Source of the DNA: Camelus ferus
Taxonomy: Eukaryota
Assembly (NCBI RefSeq): GCF_009834535.1
Contig: NC_045696.1
Location: 102,612,001-102,676,000, forward strand
Reading direction: 5' to 3'
DNA length: 64,000 nucleotides
The notes beneath the pieces were generated by a model. It worked only from the letters and a program-made list of their open reading frames with translations, was not told the DNA's origin and did not search any database. Both the position numbers and the translations under genes were made by a program. How positions within the stretch are numbered: the first letter of the stretch is position 1; every line of letters starts with the position of its first letter. Positions 55,440 to 64,000 of this stretch are shown here, one piece after another.

Positions 55440-57196
55440 CTTTCACAACCTTGTTGGAGTAAGCATCATCATTTACCTGTTGCAAGGGCTCATAATTGGA
55501 GGCTAACATCTGGAGTTTTATAGCCTCTATCCACTCACTGACAAAGCAGGTCAGGAAGTTTAGGACACAGGGCCCAAACAGCAGAACTGCAAAAATCAGG
55601 AGCAAGGGACTTATGAACAGTGACAGCCGGGAGGTCCAGCCCCAGGGGCCTGTCCATGGGCTCTTGTCTAAAATATGTTTTCTCTTTTCCACTCGGCTTG
55701 TAACTCTTGAACCGTCCCTCTGACAATTCCTGATTGATTGGCATAAAAACAGCACTCTTCATTTAGGAAGACACGTATTCTCCCCTCTTTGGCCGTGAGT
55801 AGGTCCAGACCCCTCCTGTTTCGTAAGACCACCTTGGCCAGAGTCAATCTGATTTTGCAGAGCTCCCAGGGTATCTGCTATTCGTTGGAGATCTTGGCTG
55901 AACTCACCTGTAAGCTGGTAATAGTAATAAGAGGATGAGGCTATGCCACCGACTCCTGTGCCTACCCTTGTTGCCATTCCGAGCCCCACTAGCAAGGGGG
56001 TCAGTTGTATGGCTCCTTTTATTCTCCGTGGATGCTGGTGAGTTATGACAGGGACAGGTAGACTTTGATTATTAGGCATAGTGTTCATTCGGGGAGTGAG
56101 ATAAGCCAAAGAATTTAACCCTGCCTATCCAGCAGGGAGGCATCAGTAGGCAAATTCGACGCACACAAAATAAGTCCCGTTATTAGAACAGCATCCTTGT
56201 GTGGGCTGGCACCCTAGACCCATACAGTGTGAGGTTTTAATACATTGTTTTATAGTTAGATTGCCCTCTAAAGGATTAGTTCCATTATTGAAATAACATT
56301 CTGGTGCCTTGTAGGCGAGCTGTACCCAGTTCAGCCTGGAACTCCTAGTGGTAGAGGCAACATCGCTATTAGTCGTAGTGAAAGTCTTAGTGAGGTTTGT
56401 CAGAAGTAAATAAAGCCAGGTGCTGGATGGGGCCGGGATGCAAGCAAAGCCAGCAATCTTTAGCCAGGTCTGGATTGGAATGATTGAGAATCCTGTGGAC
56501 TGCAGCTAACAACCCTTTTATTTGTGGATCCAGATCCTGAGGCTTGGCTAAAGATGGAAGGTTTATTGGCTCCCAGGTAGGTAATAATTTCTGGTGTTGC
56601 CTCTGGACTGCTTGTTGGACTGCTTGCCGGCGTGCCTGGTCCTGTGCCCCTCCTCCATCACTCATCCCGTAATGTGTTTGCTTGAGCCAGCACACCAGCT
56701 TGCCTGGTGTGCCATAGCACTTGATGCCAGATACATAATAAGCCTTAATCATGCCGATCCAGTAGGATCTGCCCTGATATGTGCACTCTGAAGCAGAGTC
56801 ATAGCATCGACTCAGCTGATAAGTATAAGCTGAAAATACAGGTCAGGACATGGACAACCTGTCACCCAGTTCCATGCAGGTGCATTGTGCAGCCAAGGGG
56901 AGTGAGGGCATTAGCATCAGTATCATCAGCCTTATGATTATCTTAGACATGATGCTGCGGTGATGGCACTAGTTATAACAAGGTATAAAATCGCTATCAG
57001 AATCCTATGGCCTATAGTCCAGTCAGGTGGGGCGGTGCTGGCCAGCCCCACTGCCAATAAGCAGGCTGGTATAGCAAACAAGGAAAGAGGCAAGGGAGCA
57101 CAAGAGGAATACATTTAACAGTTTTGTTGAGCCTTCCTCAAGCTTCGGCCGTGCATTGACTAGGCAGCTTCCGGGTGTGGCTAGAGCAGGGATCAT
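55440..57196 (-). pseudogene. env: env remnant (gamma-type SU/TM, RDR-group motif)
   Basis: Hydrophobic leader; SDGGGAQDQAR; CWLC; mutated furin site RIKG|AIQLTPLLVGLG; ISD-like [12 protein letters not shown]; xX6CC with the first Cys mutated; TM helix followed by GPC. Confidence 0.92.
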
Positions 57197-59283
57197 CGAT
57201 CTTTCTCTGGTCCCTCTTGATCTTGATCTTGAGAGGGTCTCCCAGGACACTCTCAATTTTCCAGGGACCCTCTGTCTGAGGTGAATTTGCTCTCTTAACC
57301 CTGGAGTGTTGGATCCAAGGGATGATTCCTGCAACTTTAACAGCTGTAGGGCTAGTTAATACCATTAAATATGATCCCTTCCGTGTTGGTTTGAGAGGTT
57401 CCTTTTTCCAATCCTTTACCTATACTTGGTCACCTGGTTTATGGGGATGCACTTGGACTCCTAACCAAATGGGGTTTTCTCTATTACCCAACCCCAGACT
57501 TCCTGTAGTACTTGTCCTAGTCCCAACAGTTGTTGGTGGAGCCCTAAATTTCCTATCTCTGGGGTGGGAGTTCCCATCCTGACTAAAGGTGGTGGTCGCC
57601 CATAGAGGATTTCAAAGGGAGAGTACCCAATATTAAATCTTGGGGTGCATCTAATTCACAACAGAGCCAGGGGTAAAATGTCCACCCAGGGGAGCTGGGT
57701 TTCTTGGCTGATTTTAGCTATCATTTGTTTTAGAGTTCTGTTCATTCGTTCTACCTTCCCTGAGCTTTGAGGCCGGTATGCTGTGTGCAGGTTCCAGTGG
57801 ATGCTCAGTGTCTTTGCCACTTGCTGTACAATCTCTGCCACAAAGGCGGGTCCACTGTTGGACCTGATGGACGTAGGCATTTCAAACTGAGGGATGACAT
57901 CCCTGAGGAGAGCCTTTGTTACTTCTTTTGCTTTCTCTGTCCTGGTGGGGTGGGCTTCCATCCACCCTGTGAAGGTGCAGACAAAAACCAGCAGGTACTT
58001 ATACCCCTTACTGGGCCCAAGTTCAGTAAAGTCCACTTCCAAATCTTCGAAGGGAGCCAATCCGCATTGTTGTACTCCTGTTGGCCCAGTGGGCCCTTGT
58101 TTTGGATTGTTTTGAGCACAGAGCAAGTAGCATTGGGAGACTGATGCGCACTGAGTAGGAAGATGAGAAATCAAGAAATACAGCTTTAGGAGGGCCTCCA
58201 AAGCCGTTTTTCCCTTATGTGTGGCTTCGTGTTGTTGTCAGACTATGCAATAAGGTAGTCGTTCTGGGAAGAAAACCCTTCCATCCTTCATGATCCACCA
58301 TCCATCCTTTCCTTTCTTTCCCTTGTTCAGCCTGTGCCCACTTGTTTTCATTGTAGCTAGATTCTGGGGCAGTGGGTAGCTCTGGCGCTGCCATAATTAA
58401 TTACTGGGTGTTCCCAGGTGGCTGCCTCTCTTGCCTTTTGATCAGCCAGCCTGTTCTCCTGGCTCACAGGGTCATTTCCTTTTTGGTGTCCCTTACAGTG
58501 AATAATGGCCACTTCCTTTGGATCTCATAGTGCTTCCAGTAACTGTAAAATTTTTTCTTTGTTTTTGATTTCCTTTCCCCCAGCAGTCAAAAGTCCTCTC
58601 TCCTTATAGATGGCTCTATGTACATGTAAGGTTGCAAATGCATATTTGGAATTGGTGTATATATTGACTCATTTTCCTTTCCCTTCCATTAGTGCCTGCC
58701 TGGACCAGTGCCCAAATCTCTGCTCGCTGAGCAGACCATCCTAGGGGAAGGGACTCTGCCTTTATTACCTCTTGGGTTGTTGTTACAGTGTAACATGTTC
58801 GCTGTTGTCCATCCTGCACGTAACTGCTGCCGTCTGTAAAAAAGTTCCAGGTCTGGGTTTTGCAGGGGCTTGTCAGTTAGATCAGGCCTACTTGCATATA
58901 CTTTTTTTGATGATTTCTTCACAGTTGTGGTAAGGCTGCCCTTCCCCTTCAGGTAAATATGTGGCTGGGTTTAAGGTTTGCACAGTCTCTAGATGGACTC
59001 TTGGATTGTCACATAGAAGCCCCTGGTAGTGGGTCATCCTTGTGTTAGTTATCCATTTGTAACCTGGGCCATTCATGAGGGCCACCACGGAATGGGGCAC
59101 TTTTACATTTAAAGTCTGTCCCAGTCTCAGTTTGTCTGCCTCGTTGACCAGGAGGGCTGTGGCAGTGAGGGCCCGTAGACAGGGTGGCCATCCTGATGCC
59201 ACAGGGTCCAGTCTTTTAGACAAATAGGCCACAGGGCACTGCCATGGCCCCACATTCTGAGTCAGGACTCCAAGAGTAAGTCC
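57138..59283 (-). pseudogene. pol: pol remnant: connection, RNase H and integrase only; protease and RT polymerase deleted
   Basis: LGVLTQ..PVAYLSKRLDPVASGWPPCLRA; FTDGSSY; SAQRAE; PFEDLEVDFTE, AYRPQSSGKVERMNRTLK; frameshifts and stops. Confidence 0.95.
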
Positions 59284-59645
59284 CAGTCTGGTCTGGTGTC
59301 AGGGGCCCGTGTCATGGCCCACCCCTCAACATCCAGTGTGTCCCTGGGAGCTAGTCCTGCAGCCATTTTCGTGCTTCAGTGAGAATGTGTCTCTTTTCCT
59401 CCATATTGAAAAGAGTCAGAAGCGGCTGGTGAACATCTTCCCAGGTGAGCTGGTGAGAATGGAAGACAGACTCTACAAGGTCAATCATAGCCTGCGGTTT
59501 GACAACCTGATTACACACATCACACACCATTGTGGACTGGACAGAGACCAAACATTGGCATGTCTTCACGACAGAGCCCCATGACTGTCCCAGCATCGCT
59601 TCGGGACTGGGCAGAGGTCGGCGCTCCCCTTCAGTTGCCATTGCA

Positions 59646-59683
<38 letters not shown>

Positions 59684-60683
59684 CGAGGTGGGGGCGGTGC
59701 CGGGGCTGCACGGGCTGCTGCTGCTGCCACCTGGCGGCCACGGCTGCATCCGCTGCTCCGCCGGCCGCCGCCACTCAGCGCAGCTCCCCCTGACGTCATC
59801 CGCGGCCCGCTCTGACACTTTTTGCTCCTTCTCTTTGGAGGGCAGGCCAAAAATACTGACTCTTCAGTATTTACCAGTTTACCAGTGGCTCTTCATCTGC
59901 TATTATTGTGGAAGCTCTTTTTCTTAATTCTGTTCAGACCATAATATGACTGAAATGCCTGCGGCTTTTCAGAGTAGGAAGGAGTATGATGGCGCCAATT
60001 GAGAAGGTCTGTAGTGCTAAAGGGTTGGTAGCAGAGTACGGCGCGCCCAGGATGAACAGTCCCGTCTTCCCCAACTTGCTGCAGCCCTTGTGTCTCCGGC
60101 AGTGGCATTTGGAGGGCCGGTGGTGCTGGTCTCCTGGCTTGTGCTGAGCAGAGTCTCCTTCCTACCAGCTCAGGCTGGGAGCTGGGCTCTGCCTCTGGGT
60201 CCTCAGGTTGGGGAGGTGGTGACACAGAGGGTGGCGGTGTCTCCAGTGGGACTAGGGTGGCGGTGCCCCGGGGGCATACGGAGGGGGCAGGCACATCTCG
60301 TCCTCTGTGTCTCCCTGGAATATAGGCTTTTCTTTGTCTGTCTTTTTGGCCTGGACTGGCTGAGCTGCTAATATCTTGCATTGCCCAGGTCCATTTGAGC
60401 AGAACCAAATCCATGAGGGTAGAGTCTGGGCAATATTCAGCCAGGAGTCAATGTAAGGGAATTGATCTGGGTGGCCTGGGGTTCCAGTGATTATTTGATA
60501 GACTGCTCACACTAGGTCCAGAGTTCCTCCTGAGGGCCACCTGACTCCAAAGGTCGGCCATTCAAGCTCACACAGTGTGGAGCCTGCCAGGGGTCATTCA
60601 AACTCCATAGTCTCCTGAGAACCCTTTTTGAAATTCTTAATCATGTAGTCTAGGATGATGGGTTTCAACTTCGAGTCACCCAT
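59284..60683 (-). pseudogene. gag: gag remnant (MA, p12-like, N-terminal CA), interrupted by the ATXN7 insert and truncated after RPDWD
   Basis: MGDSKLKPIILDYMIKNFKKG...WPTFGVRWPSGGTLD...GHPDQFPYIDSW; YQPFSTTDLLNWRHHTPSYSEKPQA / MIDLVESVFHSHQLTWEDV; resembles ERV-E/ERV3-group Gag. Confidence 0.92.
59490..59964 (-). pseudogene. ATXN7: Processed, circularly permuted ataxin-7 fragment embedded in gag
   Basis: Translates across frames to SERAADDVRG, AAARWQQQQP, AAMATEGERRPLPSPEAMLGQSW, VMGLCREDMPMFGLCP, VCDVCNQVVKPQA and KPQAFQSYY, all matching the recalled ataxin-7 N-terminus; no introns. Confidence 0.92.
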
Positions 60684-61859
60684 TCTGTCTATATGCTTAA
60701 GAATAATAGATCTGTTGCTTTGGGTGTTTAGGAAGGTAGCCTTTATGTCTTTTCCTTCTTCACTCTTCAAAACACTGGAGTTCCCGGAAAGACTGCTCTC
60801 TTGCTGGCTCTATGAGTCATTTGAAGGCTAATTTGGTCAGGGAGTCTGGGTTCCAGTCATAGCTGATGTCTCTGGAGCTCAAGGCCCCAAGCAGTTCCAG
60901 GGAGCTTTCTCATTAAATCCTCTCTATATCCTGAACTAACATACCAAGGGCATGGAATTGACAGCTGATGGCAAAACAAATGGACTAGAAAGGCAACCTC
61001 CAAGGCCAGGTGAGCCCAGTCCTGAAGAAATTCATCTTCTAAACTCAAGTCCTGGGGGTCTGAGGCTAGGCAAAAGGGGCACTCCCTGGGTCAGTTCAGT
61101 AGGGGAACAATAAGTCTCGGGTGTTCTGTGACAGAGCCAGGTAGGAGACTTTCTCAAAGAAACAGCATCCTAGCCTCCGAGGGCACAGGGGCATTGACTC
61201 ATTGGCTGTTTTATGTCCTTTTCCCTCCCAGTGTAGCCACCTTGTGCCGGTGTCGCAGACAAGACAAGGGAGGGTTTTAGCTGCATCTGGCTGGCCACTC
61301 CCCTCATGGGGACGAAGGTGCCTCTTAGCTTTGGTGGGTCAGTATAAGCCACTGACTCCGATCGGGACCCTGAGGGACCGATACCACCCTGAGCCGTATG
61401 AGATCACCACAGAATGGCAGGTTGGGACTCACTCGAACTCAATAGCAGAATGCCATGGAGCTACAAACTCGAGCCTGATCACGTGCTTCACAAGCCACAC
61501 ATTCGCTCACACATGCACACACAGAGGTTAACAACAGTCCTCCCACCAATCCCAATGTCCTGTTTCCTGTAGGAGGGGATCCGCCTCCTCTTCTGTCCAC
61601 TGGGACAGGACCTGATTTCTCCCTGGGGGTTCCTACCTTGTCCGGACAGGCCACGTGGTGAGTCTGTCCAAGTCTGTCCGTCCCTCCACCGAGTCTGGCT
61701 CTGGTTGTAGCCCAGCCACCCGGGGGGGGGGGGCAAGTCACCATCACGAAAGAGAACCCAGAATACTGTTGGGCGGCGCCACCTCATTCACTGCTGGAGT
61801 CCTGTCCCCCGGTCGGCCGGAGCCACTAGTCCAGCGGCTCAAGGGGCCAGCGTGGTTGT

Positions 61860-61877
61860 ATCTCACTGGGGCCTCCA
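61860..61877 (-). promoter_or_regulatory. Primer binding site, tRNA-Thr type
   Basis: TGGAGGCCCCAGTGAGAT, 4 nt after the LTR end; one CpG transition from the complement of the recalled tRNA-Thr 3' end (TGGAGGCCCCAGCGAGAT). Confidence 0.85.
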
Positions 61878-61881
61878 GAAA

Positions 61882-62161
61882 TGTTATGGAAATGACAGGC
61901 CAGCCAAGAAACAAGCACCACTCGGAGGGTTGGAGTACTCAGATTTATTACGCCAGCGGGCTCAGAGGGGCTTCTGCTCCAAAGCTCTGAGCACCTCCAA
62001 GACATGCGCATGAGGTTTTATAGGGTTAATTACAAGCTTGGGGTATTTGGCCAGTAGGCATGGAACAGCTTTAGCAGCATCATTATCACAAAAGTAGAGG
62101 CAGGGAGGCAGCAAACCAACATTTCAAGGCCAGATATGTCCCTCTGAAAATCCAGCTGGCT

Positions 62162-62197
<36 letters not shown>

Positions 62198-62269
62198 ACG
62201 AGCAGAGAATCAGCAAACTGACACTTATTAACTTAGATTTATGAGTTCCAGCCCAGCTTTTCCTTCACA
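61882..62269 (-). repeat. 5' LTR
   Basis: TG...CA ends; TATAAAA at 62022-62016; AATAAA at 61949-61944; followed by the PBS; its first ~68 nt match 55354-55423. Confidence 0.92.
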
Positions 62270-64000
62270 ATACCACTGAGTGGAAATTACAGGCAGGCAC
62301 TCCCTCAGTGGGCTGAAGGATCTCTAGTCTGGGAAACACTGTGGCTATAGCATTCCTGTTTTGTCCTAGATTGCTACCTTTTGAAGCTAATTTGTTTCCC
62401 CTTCTCTCGCAGAAGGTAATCCGCTTAGTTGACTCAGGACCTGGGTCTCCTTCCCTCTAGAGGATTTAGACCCTGAGGCTCTAGTCACATTTTCTCCCGC
62501 TTGCCCTTGCTCCTCTCCTTGACTAGTCCGAAGGAGCCACCTCAAGCTCATGGACAGGGCATCCTAACCAAGATGGGGACAAGTATCCCAAAGAACTCCC
62601 CATTAGGGATACATATTAATAAACTGGGAGAAGTTTAAACAGGGTAGTTTAAGGAAAAGGGAATTAACTTTCATTTGTAATACTGCATGGCCCCTATACA
62701 AACTAGGGGACCAAGAGGTCTGCCCAAAGAATGGGTCATTAAATTACAATGCCATCTTACAGCTAGACTTATTTTGTAAAAGAGGAGATAAACGGGGGGA
62801 AGTCCTATACATCCAAATGTTTCTGACCCTATCCCAAGACTCAGATCTAAGGAACTCCTGTTGGATACGCCTGGCTCACGCCCCTTCAAAGCGGCTCCCC
62901 GCAGGAGCTCAGTGTTTTAGATGACCCTTTATGGGTCCACCTCCTCAAGGTCCACAGCCAGGAATTTTACCTCCCCCGACTCTGAGGTGGGGATAACCTT
63001 CCCAGTCATCTACCCCTAAGGCCCCTTCTGGGCAGCTGGGGACCCCAGGTCCCCATGAATCAGCTCATGGATCTGGCACTTGGAGTATTTAACAATAGAG
63101 ACAGGGTTGAAGAGGCCAAAAGGATTCAGGGATAACAGCAAAAGGCACAATTCTTAGCAGGAGCTTTAATCCCTGTACCACCTAAGGGTTACTTACCCTC
63201 CACAAAGACCTATGGCAAGGACAGGATCCAGGATGCCTGGATCAGAGCCACTGTCTCACCAAAAAGGGATCTGTTTTAAGTGCAGCCAGAGGGGCCACTG
63301 GGAAAACGAATGTCCCATGTATGGGGGAAGTCCACCAGGACCCTGCCCCATACGCAAATAAAAAGGCCACTGGAAGCGGGACTGCCCCCTGTCCCAAGGG
63401 GGCTTGGGGCTCCCAAACCAATGATGGCTGAGATGACTAAAGACTGACAGGGCCCAGGACCCTCCCTGGCTCCCACAGGACACCTGGTCATTTCTCCCCA
63501 GGAGCCTCGGGTAACCCTTGATGTGGCAGGTTAAAAAAAAAAAAGATTGTCTTATTAGATAAGGGAGCCACCGACTCTGTGCTGACTGATTTCCCTGGAC
63601 CCTTGTCTTCCCAATCCTGTGTACTGACAGGGATCAATAGAAGTCCCCAAACAAAGTGCTTACTACAAAATTTACTTATACACCTGGGTTTTTGCTGGTG
63701 GCTGAGTGCCCCATCCCCTCATTGGAAAGGAACCTACTTGCTCAGTAAACCCCCAAAAATGATCCAATTTAAAGATCCTCATATGAAAGACACCCACCAA
63801 AAGAAAAATGTCTACTCTTAGCTTTGGGAGCCTGCCTCAGTCCTTAGCCAGAAGAGGTCTCCCTTCCACCCCGTATTGTTTCTCAGGTAAACCCTGCTGT
63901 CTGGGAAACTGAGGTCCCTGATACAGCTACTATTGTCAGGTTATCATCAGAAATGGGACCACATGAGGCTATAGGCAAGTCTCTTCAGATCAAGGGCCAA
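62270..64000 (+). mobile_element. Second class I ERV (ERV-H/W/9-like leader-gag-pro), degraded, runs off the window
   Basis: MA-like YILINWEKF..FICNTAWPLYKL..NGSLNYNAILQLDLFCK; VFNNRD; two CCHC knuckles at 63272-63385; D-TGA then EPRVTLDVAG..LLDKGATDSVL protease. Confidence 0.9.
62573..63447 (+). pseudogene. gag: gag remnant of the second ERV with most of the capsid missing
   Basis: ATG at 62573 (MGTSIPKNSPL then a frameshift), MA, Pro-rich linker, capsid C-terminus, CFKCSQRGHWENEC and CPIRK*KGHWKRDC, TGA at 63445-63447. Confidence 0.82.

Larger units (their letters stand above)
55354..62269 (-). mobile_element. Defective class I (gammaretrovirus-like) endogenous provirus, LTR-PBS-gag-pol-env-PPT-partial LTR
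   Basis: Canonical element order, recognisable Gag, RNase H, integrase and Env motifs, two LTR starts sharing TGTGAAGGAAAAG, many stops and frameshifts. Confidence 0.96.

Noticed and set aside
55440..57196. Domesticated env (syncytin-like gene)
   Set aside because: Multiple stops and frameshifts, with mutated furin and CX6CC motifs.
59532..59927. Plus-strand ORFs with poly-Ala or poly-Arg, and the minus-strand poly-Pro ORF
   Set aside because: Alternative frames of the GC-rich ATXN7 insert, not independent genes.
59490..59964. ATXN7 insert as an ordinary L1 processed pseudogene or the real ATXN7 gene
   Set aside because: No poly(A) or EN site, exon order is permuted, the flanking repeat is native to both parents, and it is intronless and degraded.
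62165..62196. A32 run inside the 5' LTR as a retrotransposon tail
   Set aside because: No attached SINE or L1 body and no TSD; more likely homopolymer expansion.

Overview
Mammalian genomic DNA, very likely camelid, judging by multiple Vic-1-like tRNA-derived SINEs. Bases 549-42309 (minus strand) hold 27 consecutive coding exons of U2SURP/SR140 (2951 coding nt, all splice phases consistent, last exon off the left edge), driven by a CpG-island promoter at about 42 kb. Upstream lie repeat-rich intergenic DNA, a degraded gammaretrovirus-like provirus (55354-62269, minus strand; PBS-Thr, ERV-E-like gag/pol, RDR-motif env) and a second, oppositely oriented class I ERV running off the right edge. 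The standout observation is a 467-nt spliced, circularly permuted ATXN7 sequence inside the first provirus's gag, carrying an apparent back-splice junction. It enters and leaves gag at the same CCGCAGGC (KPQA) microhomology, which looks like one full lap of a circular RNA copied into a retroviral genome. Gene and family names come from my recall of known sequences; no database searches were run.
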